From the human T2T-CHM13v2.0 reference genome, Homo sapiens, in assembly GCF_009914755.1 (NCBI RefSeq), contig NC_060927.1: a DNA stretch of 64,000 nt, one strand, 5' to 3'. Below, piece after piece: positions 42,907 to 58,560 of this stretch; the stretch's first letter is position 1; each line of letters opens with the position of its first letter. The notes beneath the pieces are model-generated. The model saw nothing but the letters and a program-made list of their open reading frames with translations, was not told where the DNA came from and did not search any database. A program made the position numbers and the translations under genes.

Positions 42907-43070
42907 GGCTGGGTGTGGTGGCTCACATCTGTAAACCCAGCACTTGGGGAGGCTAAGGCAGGGGGATTGCTTGAGGCCAGGAGTTCAAGACCGGCCTGGG
43001 TAGCATAGCAAGAACTCTCATCTCTACCAAAAAACAAACAAACAAACAAACAAACAAAAAACAACAACAA
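42907..43070 (+). mobile_element. Alu left monomer (FLAM-like) with a (CAAA)n tail
   Basis: Single Alu arm. Confidence 0.82.
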
Positions 43071-44240
43071 CAGAGATTTTTTTCATAGGAAATCATACAA
43101 CTAAGATGATAACAGAACAATCTCTTTAAAGTACTGAAAGAAGAAAACCTGTCAACCTAGAATTCTATACTCAGTGAAATATCTATTCAAAAATGGAGAA
43201 GATTCTCTGCCAGAAAGATGGAATAAGACATGCTTTCTCAATTCCTCCCACGAAGTATAGTGAAAAACCCTGAACATTATATAAAATAAACATAAGAAGA
43301 CTCTGAAAGAGGCCAAAAAGTGGAATACCAGTTAGGGACCTCAGTAGTTAAAGAACAACACAGCAATAACTTCCCTGGGTTTTCTTTTTGTCTCATATCT
43401 CTTAGACTCAGAGATGGAGAAGCTGGCAACCTGAAAATGCTAACAAGCGCAGACAAGAAGAGTCTAGTTTCTCTAGCCAAAGGAGCAGCCTTGCAAGACA
43501 GAAAACTAACTATGCCAGCCAAATGCAACAGAAAAAACTGTGATCCTTCCCCTACCTAAGCCAGCAAGGCCAAGTGAGAATCTTAGACTTTTACCCCCAC
43601 CAGGTAGAGTGGATTAAATAACAAGCAAATACACAACAGCAAAAAAACGTGATGCAACAAAATGCTATTTATAAAAAACTCACTTCAAATACAACAATGT
43701 GGGTAGGTTGAAAGGGAAAAAAAATGAAAAAAGAGATATCATGTAACAATAACCCCACAAAGTTAAGAGTAGCTATATAAATATCAAATAAAGCAGATTT
43801 TAGAGTAAAGTTAACAGAGACAGAGAAGGACATTACATAATTATAAAAGAATCAACCCTCCAGGAAGACATAATGATCCTACATATATGTGCACCGAACA
43901 AGAGAGGCTCAAAATACATGAAGCAAAACTTGACAGACCTGAAAGGAGATAGGCAATAGAAAATTATAGCTGGGAACTTCAACAGCCCACTCTCAGCAAT
44001 GGATAGAACTGCTAGACAGAACATCAGCAAGGATATACAAGAAATGAACAACAAATCAGACAGCAGGATCTATTTGTCATATATAGCACTTTAGCAGAAC
44101 ACAATTTTTTTTTCAAGAGTTCATGGAATATTCACCAAGATAGATTACATTCTGAACCATAAAACAAAACTTAACAAATGTAAAATAAATCAATACCAGA
44201 AAAAGAACCAGAAAATTTCCAAATGCCTGAAAATTGAACA

Positions 44241-44242
<2 letters not shown>

Positions 44243-44276
<34 letters not shown>
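44243..44276 (+). repeat. (TA)n microsatellite
   Basis: About 17 TA units. Confidence 0.95.
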
Positions 44277-44278
<2 letters not shown>

Positions 44279-44682
44279 GTTAAAAAGGAAGTCTCAAAGA
44301 AAATTCAAAGATACATAGACCTGAATGAAAATGAAAATACAACATATTAAAGCATGTCAGATGCAGCTAAAGCACTACTGAGAGGGAAACTTACAGCACT
44401 AAATGCTTACATTACAAAAGAGGAAAGGTTTCAAATTAACAGCCTAAATTCCTACATTAAGAAACTAGGAAAAGAAGAGCAAAGTAAACCCAAAGCAAGC
44501 ATAAGGAAGAGAAAAATAAAGAGCAGAAATTAATAAAATAAAAAATTAATAAAATCAAAACAGAAAAATAATAGAGAAAATCAGTGAAACAAAAACAAAA
44601 AGAGAGAAATAGAGATGTTTTCAGATATGCAAGAGCTGAAAGTATCCACTACCAGTAAATCAACACCATAAGAAATGTCACA

Positions 44683-44975
44683 GGCTGGGAGTAGTTGCTC
44701 ATGCTTGTAATCCCAGTACTTTGGGAGGCCAAGGCCAGAGGATCACCTGAGGCTATGTGCCCCAGACCAGTCTGGGCAACATGGTGAAACCCTGTCTCTA
44801 CCAAAAAATTAAAAAATTAACCAGGTGTGGTGGCGCATGGCTGTAGTCCCAGCTACTCAAGAGGCTGAGGTGGAAGGATCACCTGAGCCTGGGAGATTGA
44901 GGCTGCGGTGAGCCGTGATGGCACCACTACACTCTAGCCTGGGTGACAGAGTGAGACTCTGTCTGAAAAAAAAAA
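44683..44975 (+). mobile_element. AluJ-like SINE
   Basis: Alu dimer, TSD aagaaatgtca. Confidence 0.9.
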
Positions 44976-45698
44976 GAAATGTCATGGGAATTCCTTCAAG
45001 AAGAAGGAACATGATGCCAGAAGGGAACGTAGATGTACAGAAAGAAACAAAGGGCACTGGAAATGATAACCACATGGGTAAAATATAACATAATTTTGGT
45101 ATTTTTAAAATCTCTTTAAAAAATAATGACTGTTTAAATAAAAATAATAACAATGTACTATGGGCTTTATAACATGAATAAAAGAAAAATCTATGACAAT
45201 AACAGCACAGAAGTTGGGAGGGAGAAATGAGAATATGCCACTGTAAATTGTTATAGTGTATGTGAAGAGGTATAATATCACTTGAAGGTAGACTGTGATA
45301 AGTTAAAAATGTACACTGTGAATCCTAAATAAAGCACTAAAATAACAAAGCAAAGAATTATAACTAATAATCCAACAAAAGAGATAAAAAGAAATTATAA
45401 ATAATATTTAATTAATCTAAAAGAAAGCATAAAAATAGGAAAAAGGAAGCAAAGAGCAGTTAAGACAAATAGAAAACAAAAAGCAAGATGACAGATTTAA
45501 ATCTTACCATATTAATATTCGCATTAAATGTACAGTTTAAATATTCCCAATTGAATTTCAGCCATTATTTGGTTGAATATAAAAGCAAGAACCAACAATA
45601 AGGCTGCCTACAAGAAATGCACTTTAAATATAAAGGCAACAATAGATTAAAACTAAAGGACAGAGTGTGCATTTTTCTTTCTGCATGTAGTAGACTCA

Positions 45699-46025
<327 letters not shown>

Positions 46026-46123
46026 AAATATTTACTGAGTACCTACTATTGTCCAGGAATATATGAGAAAACCTGTTAAAGGAACAAAAGAATTGTAAGA
46101 ATTCATTAAAAACCACACATCCC

Positions 46124-46435
46124 AGCCGGCCGCGGTGGCTCACGCCTGTAATCCCAGTACTATGGGAGGCTGAGGTGGGTGGATCACAAGGTCAGGAGAT
46201 CAAGACCATCCTGGCTAACATGGTGAAACCCTGTCTCTACTAAAAATGCAAAAAATTAGCCGGGTGTGGTGGCATTCACCTATAGTCCCAGCTACTTGGG
46301 AGGCTGAGCCAGGAGAATGGCTTGAAACCAGGAGGCAGAAGTTGCAGTGGATGTGACTGCACCACTGCACTCTGGCCTGGGCAACAGGGTGAGACTCCAT
46401 CTCAAATAAAATAAAATACAATAAAAACAAAAAAA
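46124..46435 (+). mobile_element. AluSc-like SINE followed by (CA)n at ~46465-46486
   Basis: ggatcacaaggtcaggagatcaagaccatcctggctaac. Confidence 0.88.
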
Positions 46436-49400
46436 CACATCCATGCACATGCACATGCACGCGCACACACACACACACACACACACCCTGGAATCCCAGG
46501 CATAGATTGTAAGCAAAAGTAGGAGTTACATTGATCCTTAGCTTGATGTTATGAGCATATCCTACAATGAAATAATTTTTAAAGTAAAAAAAGAAGGTAC
46601 ATTGTGCTAATTCTAATCAAAAGAAAGCTGGAGAGGCTATATTTATATCACACTAAGTAAATTCCGGAGCAAAGAATATTATTTGGAATGAAGAGGGTCG
46701 ATTAGTAATATAAATGAGTCAGTTCATCAAGAGGATATAATAATTCTAAATATTTTTTACTCCTGATAACAGAGCCCCAAGATACATGAAACAAAAACTG
46801 TTAGAAGTGCAAGGAGAAATACAAATCCAGAATTATAGCCAGAGATTTCAACACTCATCTCTCAATAACTGCTAGAACAAGTAGACAGAAATTTAGTAAG
46901 AACATAAAAGATTTCAACAACACTATCAACCATCTTGACCCAACTGACATTTACAAAACATTTCACCCAACAACCATACAAAACACATTCTTTTCAAGGG
47001 TACACAGAATGTTTACCAAGATAGACCATATTCTGGGTCATAAAAGTCTTGATAAACTTAACAGAACTCAAGTCATACAAGTATGTTCTCTGATACAGTG
47101 GAATTTAATTAGAAATCAATAATAGCAAGATCTCTGGGAATCCCCCAAATACTTATAAACTAAATAACACACTTCTCTATAACTCATGGATCAAAAAAGA
47201 AATCAAAAGGACATTAGGAAGTATTCTGAAATGAATGAATATAAAAAAACACCTATCAAATTCATGGAATTCTACCAAAACAGTTCTTAGGGGAAAATTT
47301 ATAACACAAATGCCCGAATAAAGATCTCAAATAGATGGACTCAGCTTCTGTGTTAAGAAACTAGAAAATAAAAGCAAATAGGATGCAAATTAAATAGATC
47401 AAAGGAGATAATAAATATCAGAGCAGAAATCAATGAAATAGAAAACAGAAAAACAGTAGAGAACATCAATGAAAGTAAAAATCTGGTTATTTGAGACTGA
47501 AAAAAATGATAAACTTCTGGCAGGACTATTCAGGGAAAAATGTACCACTATCAGAAATGACACAGAAGATATCAATACTGACTTTATATTATAGCTATGT
47601 AGAAGATAACAATGAAATGTTATTAACAACTTATGCCAATGAATTGGTAACACAGATGAGATGGACAAATTCCTTTAAAGACATAAACCACCAAAATGTA
47701 CTTGGTAAAATATATAACTTGAACAGCCATATATCTATAAAAGAAATGAAATATATAGTTAAAAACCTTCCCCCAAAGAAAACTCCATGCTCAAATACTT
47801 TTACAAGTAAATTCTACCAAACATTAAAGAAAAAAATTCTACATAAACTTTTAAAAAACAATTGAAAAGGAGAGAATACATTCCAAGTCATTCTATTAGA
47901 TCACCTTCATCCTGAACCAAAAGACAAAGCCAGTACAAGAAAAAAAGAAAAACAGCTGGAGATCAATAACCCTCATGAATATAGATGTAAAAATTCAAAA
48001 CAAAATTTTAGCAAGTATAATACAAGAATATACAAAAAGGATAGTAGTTCATGACCAAGTCATATTTATCTAAGGAATGCAAGGTTGGTTTAATATGGGA
48101 AAGTCAATCAATACAATTCACTATTTAACAAACTAAAAATGTAAATCAGTGTGGTTATCTCAATAGATGCATGGAAAGCATTTGTCAAAATCCAACATTC
48201 ACTGCTGATTTTAAAACAAGCAAACAAACAAAAACCTCTCAGCAAAGTAGGAATGGAAGGGAACTTCCTCATCTATAGGCGCCTATAAAAATCCATAGCT
48301 AACATCACGCTTAATGGTGAAAAACTGAATGCTTTCCTTTTAATATGAGAGAAGAGACCAATAAGGTTAGCTCCAGTCATTTCTATTTAACATTGTATTA
48401 AAGGTTCTAGCCAGTGCAACAAGGCAAGAAAAAGAAATAAAAAGGCATCCAGACTGAAAAAACGGTAACATTGTCTATTCCAGACAAGACGCATGTCTAT
48501 GTAGAAAACCTGATAGAATTTACCCTCAAAAAACTGAAATAAGTGAGTTTAGCAAAATTTCAAAATATGAAGTCAATATACAAAAATCAATTATATTCTT
48601 TTTAGGGTAGAAATGAACAATTAAAAATTTTAAAAATACCATTCATAAAAGTATCAAAAACACAAAATGTTGATAGATAATTCTGACACCAGATATACAA
48701 GAACTATACACTGGGAAGTACAAAAGACTGCTGAGAGAAATAAAAGAAGAGCTGAAGAAATGAAGAGATACACCTTTTTTGTGTATAGGAGAGTATTGTT
48801 AAGATGTCAATTCTCCCCAAACTGATCTAGACACAACCCCAATTAATATCCCAGTAGGCTTTATCATAGAATTAGATAACTTCATTCTAAAACACATATG
48901 TCAATGCTAATGACCAAGAACAGCCAAAACAACTAGAAAAAGAAGAACAATTTGGAGAAATAATGCTCCCTGATTTTAAGGCTTATTATAAAGCCACAAT
49001 AATGAATACAGTGTGACATCAAGATAGACAAACACATAAACTCAACAGAATAAAGAGTCCAGGAAAAGACCCACACATATATGGACAATTTGTTTTTGAC
49101 AAAGGTGCAGTAAGTTTTTCAACAAGGGGTGCTGGAACAGTTGAATATCCATACATTAAAAAAATGAATTTCAATCCATTGAAATTCAATCCACCTCACA
49201 CCATTTATAATATTAACATGGAACATAAAACTAACTGTAAAAAACCTAAAATCATAAAACTTCTAGAAGAAAACATAGGAGAAAATTTTCACAACCATGG
49301 TTTAGGCAAGAATTTCTTAGATATGATGTAAAAGCATAATTCATAAAATAATTCAAATTGATAAACTGAACTTCATCAAAATTAAAATCTCTGCTCTTCA

Positions 49401-49733
49401 AAAGACACTATTAAAAAAATAAAAAGACAAGCCAGAAACCAGGGGAAAATAGGATTTCCAAATCTTATATCCAAAAAAGAACTTTTTTCCAGGATGCATA
49501 AAGAACTCCTAAAAGTCAATTAAGAAAAATAAATGATTTATTGAAAAAATATGGCAGGTTTATCAGCAAAGAAGATAGGTAGATGGCAAATAAGCACATG
49601 AAAAAAATGTTCAATATCATTGGTCATAATTGCCAACCCAGTAGAATTTTATTCCCAGCCAAACTATCAAGTATGAAGAAGGTAAAGTAAGAGCATTTCC
49701 AGATACGTAAAAAATCTTAAAATATTCACCTCC

Positions 49734-50020
<287 letters not shown>

Positions 50021-51959
50021 TATATATATTTACGTCCAAAGCAGCTTTCTCAGGAAGCTACTGATATATGTATACCACTTGAAAATGAAACAAAAGAATA
50101 AAACAAGAAAGAGAAAGATGTGGGTTCATTCCAGGAAACAGGAAGTCTCACAGGGAGAGAAGAGAACAGCATGCTTTGGAAGGCAGTGCCAGGGCCACAG
50201 CTGTGCAGGGAGCTGTCCAGACCAGATGAAGTAAGAGAATGAAGGAAGGGTGGTAGCAGGGGTTTCTCTGAGAAATGCAGCTGTTTATCCAAAATGTTTG
50301 ACATATGGAAATCAGACCACTGCAAGTTCACATGGGAGTCTAAGGAGAATCGAACCCAAGTCATACTTTTTATGTGATTTATCATAAAAATCTGTCTGCC
50401 TTATCTCTAAGATTTATTTTTACAGATGCTCTCCTCAACAACTGTTACAATTCTGCAAATGAAAGGGTCTCTACCTCATCTAAATAAAAACCCAATGCAA
50501 AGCTTGGTGCTGGTGGCATAGGAAGAATTTATATGTGTGTGGGAGGTGTATGTATATAGAGGGTGGGCATTTAAAAGAGCCAAACTTTCATATTTTATTA
50601 CAAGGAACTCGTTGCATAATAGGTAAACTAGCAATTCAAGAAACAGTAGGTACATCCTTAAAGATGTGTCTTACAGGAACTTAAAGATGTGTCTTATGGA
50701 ACTATGAACCTGTTCCATAGTTCAGAACATTTTATATGGATGTACCCCCCAAATCGCCACCATATAAAGTATATTCACTGTAATTCTCTAGAGTAGAAAG
50801 TATCAATAATCGATGCACTATTTGATTTTCGACCAAATAAGAGAGAAAGGAGATGAAGGCAAGGATTACAGCAGTAGCAGCTTTGATATGCAATATTTAT
50901 ACCATTATTCCATGCACATGAAGAGATGCTTAAGGAATAGGTTTGATCTTGTAATCTTCGGCACTCCCAGTAGCACTGTAGTCCTGGTGGTTGCATTGAG
51001 TCTATCAATGCAAAATTTAGGATCACAACATGACTTAACCACTAGAGAGAGTTTAAACAGCTAGTAAATATAATGCAAAAGAAAGGGGCCACATTTTTTA
51101 AGAAGGCCTTTTTTTCTCACTTGGAGCCGTTGCTATAACTTGCTTAGAAAACCATTATAGAAATATCAATAATGGCATTGTAAATAGTGATAACATGTTA
51201 GTGTAGACTCCTTGTTTGTTTCTTTTCGATATTGAAAGTGTTTATTTTCAGGTGGTTAAAATACTGCCACCTATGCCGTTAGCATAATGGTTTTTCGCAA
51301 TTCTGTACTAGCAGATACAATCCCAGTTTAATACTTCTATCATCCCAATAGATTTTCTTTCAATTATATATTAGTCGACAAAGCTTTCTGTACATATTTG
51401 TCAAGAATTCAGGCTTTTGGTCCAGACAGACTGGAATTTTACCTTGCTCTTCTACTTTGTGCTGTGTGACCACAGACTATGGTTAATTGCTTTAAAACTC
51501 AAGGCTCCTCATCTGTCAAACTGGGGTAGGAGATTTTGTAGGAGTAAATTATTAATCATATATGCAAAACAGCTTAGTGCATTTTTGGATCTAAAAAATG
51601 ATAGCTTTTCTAGTGGCTGTGCTGTAATATAAAGCTATTGGTTAAATAAAACTTTCTTAATCTCTCTTCCCAGGTTTACCTAAACATCAAAGCCCCAAAG
51701 CACGTAAACGTTAAGGCCCACCAAAGGGGGCAATCCTTATGCACATGATCATATGGCAAGGCATGACTTATTTCTGTGGCCAGCCTCAGGTAAGAGTACA
51801 AGAAATCACACCTTAAGAATCTGCACTCACTCAGAAAGCCATAACTAGGAGTTCATGTTACTTGCCAGGCTCCTATCCACCTTTTAATAAAGACACCTCC
51901 ATAGGCCACAGAGGTGACCTCACTTTCATATGAATTTTTTTGATAATTCTGTTTTCTTA

Positions 51960-53110
51960 TGATATCCACAGAGTTGTGGAACTATCACTATTACCTAATT
52001 TTAGAACATTTTCATCACCCCCCAAAAAGCTCTGGACCCATTAGTGGTCACTCTCCAATCCTTTCCCCCAGCTCCCAGCAACTACTAACCAACTTTCTAT
52101 CACTATGGATTTACCTGTTCTGGGCATTTCATGTAAGTGGATTTGTACAATATGTGGTCTTTCGTGTTTGACTTCTTTCATTGAGCACAGTATTTTCAAG
52201 GTTCATCCACGCTGGAGCATCACATACCAGTACTTGTTATTATGAGTGAATAGTATTCCACTGTAGGGATATATGACATTTTATTTATCCATCCATTCAT
52301 TCATTGACCTTTGTGTTGCTTTATCCTTTTGGTTATTAGGAATGACGATGTTATGAACATTTACATGTGGGCTTTCATGTGGACATGTTTTCATTTCTCT
52401 TGGGTAAATGCCTAGGCGTGAAATGGCTAGGTCATAAGGTAACTCTATGTTTAACTTTTTGAGGAGTTGCCAAATCATTTTCCAAACCAGCTGTATCATT
52501 TTCCACCCCCACCAGCATCATCTGAGGGTTCCAATTCCTCCATATCATCACCAACACCTGTTATCATCTACATTTTTGATAATAGCCACTATAGTAGATA
52601 TGAAGTGGTATTTCAGATGGTTTGAATTGCATTGTCCTATTGACTAATGATGCAAAGTATCTTTCCATGTGCTTATTGGCCATTTACATTTCTTTTTAGA
52701 GAAATGCCTATTTAAAGCCTTTGTCCATTTTTAAAATTGGGTTGTCTTTTTTGAGTTATGAGTTCTTTATATACTCTGGATACAAGTCCCCCATCAGACA
52801 CATTATCTGAAGACATTTTCTCCCATTCTGTAGGCGGGCCTTTCATTTTCTTGATGGTGTCTATTGAAGCACAAACCCTAAAAATTTTAATGAAATCCAA
52901 TTTATGTATTTTTTTCTTTTGTCACCTATCCTTTTGGGAACATATCCAAGAAACCACTTCCTAATCTAAAGTCATGAAAATTTACTCCTATATTTTCTTC
53001 TAAGAGTTGTTATAGTTTTAGCCCTGAGTTTTAGGTCTATCATCAATTTTGAATTTTTTAAAATATATGGGGTGGGGTTGGGGCGCAATTTCATTCTCTT
53101 GCATGTGGAG
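51960..53110 (-). mobile_element. L1MB-type 3' fragment
   Basis: Translated remnants (LKKLNIELPYDLAI...GIYPREMK; PTEWEK). Confidence 0.85.
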
Positions 53111-53422
53111 AAAGAAAACCAACTGTTAAAGAGTTTTCACTAAACATATTTTGCTTAAATGAAGTTTAACAATATGCTATACATATACACATAAAGATAT
53201 TCAGTTATTCATTCAACAAATACAGACAGCAAGCACAATATTTTGAGATATGCAGTGATCATTTTTCTTCCTCTATTTTTCCCTTTCCTTCCCAACATTC
53301 AAGTGGATAGCAGGCTCTGGGCTTCCTTGACTAGGAGAGGTTTACGGCAAGGTGGCTTCCCGGCTTTTATTTTTTCCAAACACCTGAATTTGGGGAACAC
53401 AGCTTCCCAGGGAAATTGATTC

Positions 53423-53662
53423 CAGTTGACTCTTGAACAACATGGGTTTGAACTGCATGGGTTGGTTTATATGTGATTTTTTTTTCAATCAAAACAAGAT
53501 GGTAAATACAGTATTTGAGAGATGTGAAACCTGCATATATGAAGAGCTGACTTCTCATATATATGGGTTCTGCAGGGCTGGCTATGGGACTTCAGTATGC
53601 ATGGATTTGGGTGCACGCGGAGGCCCTGGAACGAATTCCCTGTTTATACTGAGGGATGACTA
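53423..53662. mobile_element. MER8 (Tigger-derived MITE)
   Basis: cagttgactcttgaacaacatgggtttgaactgc...tatactgagggatgact termini. Confidence 0.8.
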
Positions 53663-55805
53663 TAATTACATTGTCCAGAAGAACAAGGAAGAACTGGGTT
53701 TTCACCCTCTTCCAGAGTATATAGGGAGTCCCTGGAGATGAAGGTAGGAGGAGGAGAAGAGAAGGGTACTGAGAGAGAGGGGAGCTGCACCCAGTTTCTC
53801 AGATATACTGCTGAGAAGAATACCTGTGGATGCATCTAATATCAAATGCATCCTCAGCCCAGATTCTCACACCACAAGTCTGGCACAAGGCAGCCAAGAG
53901 TCACCAAACCACGATGGCTTGGAAGAACAGGAACGATATGCCAACAACTGATGAAATATGAGAAGGGACACCCCACACACATGCGCGCACTATCCTGAAT
54001 GACCATATACTAGGCAATTTAGGCACCTGCCTGAAATTACAGTATATTCCGAGAAAGCAAGGACCCATGATGAAACCCAAGATGCACTAAGGCTACCTCT
54101 TTTTTTCCCCACCAGCAAGACAAAATGGCAACACAGAGTCAGAAATTAGGTTTCTAGGAAGCAGCTGCACTTCTTGCACTCTTGATTATATAGACTGACA
54201 CTCATACTTGCCACATACATATTGAGAACCTACTGTGTACAGGGCATCCTGCTAGGTTAAGCTGAGGTGGGAAATACAAAAGTCAATTAAATCATGGTTA
54301 GCCAAGACATTTATATAGTCAGGTAAGAGCAAATATGCATAAGTGTAGTTAACCATTTATTGCACACGACTTGTGTGCACACCTTGTGCTACACTCTTTG
54401 TAAATGAATCTCATTTAATTGAATCTTCCCACAATGGGCTTTTGATATTCAGACGTTCAGAGCAGGCAAGAGACTTGCCCAATGAGCCAAAGTCTGGGCT
54501 CTTTACAGTTAGGTACAATCTGGTTCATGTACAACTACCACTAATGCACAGCTAGTCAGTGGTGGAAACTGGACATGAACCAGAGTGGTCCTCACCGCAA
54601 GGCCCACTTTCATTGTCAAAGTTATGACTTCGTCCCATGGGGAGGTCAACTTGAGTGCTGCCCTTTGATAATCCAACATCCACTGGGCCTAGACTTTGGC
54701 TCACTTTTTCTAAGAGTTGGGATGGAGTTAAGTCAAACCAACCTTCTCTAACTTGGTGTTTAATGTACCTATTGGCAGGTGACTGGCCAGAAGCCTGAGG
54801 TTAAACAGGATACACTGGCCAGACTGGACCTCATGATTAGGGAACCCATGACCTTGACTGTATCTGCCAAAGGGTGCCAACCAGTTCCTCTGAACAGTCA
54901 GGATTTCTAGTACCATTCACACCATCTATACGTACATCAAAGAAGTGACATAAATGATTTGGGGAGTGGGGGTGGGAAATACTTTTGTTTCTATGTCCAA
55001 AAGGAATAATTTGATTATACAAGAATAATGGAAATTTTCTTATAGGAAAAAAATGTCATAGAGCTGTTTTGCTTTGAGATGAAGGCATGCAATTTGGTGC
55101 CTAAGAAAGCATTTAAAATTCTTGCCTGCAGCTTCCTAGAAACAGTAAAAGGAAAATACGTTGATCCTGGCCAATGAAATGTGAACAGTTTTTCCTTAAG
55201 TATTAATCTACTGAACAAATGTTGATAATGAAAGAAGTAGGCATATAAATGCTGTGAGAGAACCATGATTTATGTATTTTCTACTGCTGCTTCTGCTATT
55301 TGAGCCTGGGAAAATGACTAAACCAAATCTCAAGAGCAGCATTTTGCACCGTAGATAGAAACAGAAAACAGAAAATTTTAAGTTATAAGGAATTAATAAT
55401 GTCTCTTCTTTTGTGTCCTTTTCTGAAAAATAAATCTCTCCCCATTTGGGAGACATAATCACTTAACTTCCATTTCCTTATACCTAAACTCAACTTCAGA
55501 GCCCAGGACCCTCAGAAATCATTTGGTCCAACGTCCCATTTCATAAATGGACACATTTGAGATTCCAAGAGGTTAAGTGACTTGTCGAACACCATGTGCT
55601 CATTAGAATAAAAAATATGAAGATTTAAAGTGGAAGGTAGTGACCTAGGAGTGGGAGGACCTGGGTTCTCCCTCCCACTCAGCTATTCATGAGCTTCTCT
55701 GTTTGTAAAATTCAAGTGTTAGGATTAGATGGTTTTGAAAAATCCTTCCCTCTCGAAAGGGGTTATAATTCTGTGCCCGGGAGCATCAGTAGTTTGTGTA
55801 TGTTA

Positions 55806-56510
<705 letters not shown>

Positions 56511-56869
56511 GTCAGACTTCCAGCTCTTACACTTACTTGAAAGTAAGTGTAAAGTAAGTGTAAGTGGTGAAAGCGTGAACAAATTAACCCTTCTGCCTCC
56601 TCTGCAAAATGAAGACAGTAACAGCACATACCACATCTGGCCATTACAATGATTACATTAAATAACACATGTCGAGAATTTAGCACAATGCTTGGCATAC
56701 AGCAAGTGCTCAGTAAAAGGTGGCTGCCATTAGTATTACCATAAAGCAACCAGAGTTGGTGAATTTGTGTGGGTTATTAAGAAGGCATTCCCTCCTCTGG
56801 GCAGAGGCAGCCCAAGCGCTAAGGGCCACAGCAAGGCAGGATCGAATTCTCTACAGCCATGGGTCTAAC

Positions 56870-57250
56870 TTTAAACAAAGAAATAAGAAACCATTTCCTA
56901 CCCTCCCTTGCTCAAGTGCTCACTCTCAATTGATAGCCAATGATATGTTTAAGTGTTTGTTTATAATGTAGGGCTTCTAGAAAGCTCTTCCTACTTAGAT
57001 GGCTGGAATATTGCTGCTCTTTTCCCTTTTCTTCTTTCTGCCTGGAATGAAGAAATGATGGCTGGGGCGTCGGCAGCCTACTATGATCATGAGGGAAGGG
57101 CTAAAAGATTTTCAGAGATTCAGTCCTTGAGCCAATAAATCAATGTCAGCAACTACTGACCTCCAAACTTCTTCTTTCACGAGGAAAATAAACTCATGTA
57201 CACGTTTTTTGCTACTAGTATCAAACTGCAATTCCTAACCCATACACCCT
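56870..57250 (+). mobile_element. Old MLT1-type LTR fragment
   Basis: ctgcctggaatg...atgatggctgg...attcctaacc pattern. Confidence 0.5.
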
Positions 57251-57402
57251 CCAAAATCTATTTTCTATCAACATACATTTACAGATGTGCCTGGTCAGCC
57301 ACTTGCTGCTGGCCACTTAGGAGTCCCAAGTCAGGTGCTCAATAGTTGATTTTCTTGAAAAATCACTTAGATTTTTAAAAAAATATCCAAACTGTCCCCA
57401 AG

Positions 57403-57570
57403 GGCCTTACTATTCAAAGTAAGGTCAGCAGACCAACAGCATTAGTCTCACCCCGGAGCTTGTTAGAAATGCAGAACCTCCGGCCCCATTCCAGAACTAC
57501 TAAATCAGAATCTTCATTTTAACAGGGTCCCCAGTGATTTCTGCACATAGTGAAGTTTGAGGCTCTGGAC
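57403..57570. mobile_element. MER5A-like DNA element
   Basis: gagcttgttagaaatgcagaa...cagaactactaaatcagaatct...agtttgag. Confidence 0.8.
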
Positions 57571-58329
57571 TAGGTTTACCGGCTCTGCTCTGTCATCCCT
57601 CCTCAACACTGCTGCCAGAATAATGTTCCTGGAGCACACCTAGTCATGTCGCTCCCCTTCTCAAAAGATTTCAAGGGCTCCTGACTGCCTGCAGACTAAA
57701 GTTTCGACTTCTTAGCCTGATCATTAAGGCCCTCTATGATCTTGCACTATCCTGAAAATGCCCATCAAGGTGCCTGCCTTGCATGTAATCAGTAGGCAAC
57801 AAATAATTTTCTGCACAGAAGAAAAAAAAAATGAGTGTGGGTGAGAAACAATGCGTTGCTTAATTCTGGCTTTACCATGCTAAGCACTGGGGATGCAGTG
57901 GTACCAAAAACCAGGCATGATCCCTTGCCTTCAAAGAGCTTAGAGACTAGTTAGAAGAGCATGATTTTTAAAAAGAAATGAAAGTATATAATGACAAATT
58001 ATAAGTGCTAAGAAGGAAATGACTAGAGGGCAGGGATACAGAGTAAAACAGACGGGTTAGAAGGAGGCCCTACGGAGAGGGAGCCTGTTGTGGGGCTGGT
58101 CCAGGCAGAGGTACCAGCACATGCAAGGTCCTGCGAGACAAATGCGGTGTGTCTGAGAATCATAACAGGGGCTGCCCTTTCAGGCTTACCCAGAAAATAG
58201 ATATCCTGGGAGGAAGGTGGCATAGGGTTCACCTTCCAAGTCACTTAAAGATGAAATGCTGCATTTCTTTTCCCTGATATAGGTCCTTCACCGGGATCAC
58301 GGATGAGTTAGCGAGCAGGGGATGCTGCG

Positions 58330-58560
58330 GAGTCGCTGTGAGTCCAGCACTGGAAATCAGACCAAGCGAAATTTGAATCCCAGCTCCGCTACTTCCCGGC
58401 TCTCAACTCCCTTGACCTCCAAGCCTCTGCTTCCTGAGGTATAAAGTGGGATTAAGGATGGCAACAACTTCGTGATTACTGTTGAGGGAGATAATGCTTG
58501 CCAAGCTCCCCAGCACACTGCCACCCACATCAGTGCGCACCTGAGTATCAGCGGTTTTAG
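58330..58560 (+). mobile_element. MIR upstream of the GPR27 CpG island
   Basis: tttgaatcccagctccgctactt...gcctctgcttcct...taaagtggga. Confidence 0.65.

Noticed and set aside
47491-47865. 124-aa ORF resembling L1 ORF2
   Set aside because: Fragment of a degenerate L1 with frameshifts and stops on both sides, so not an active element.
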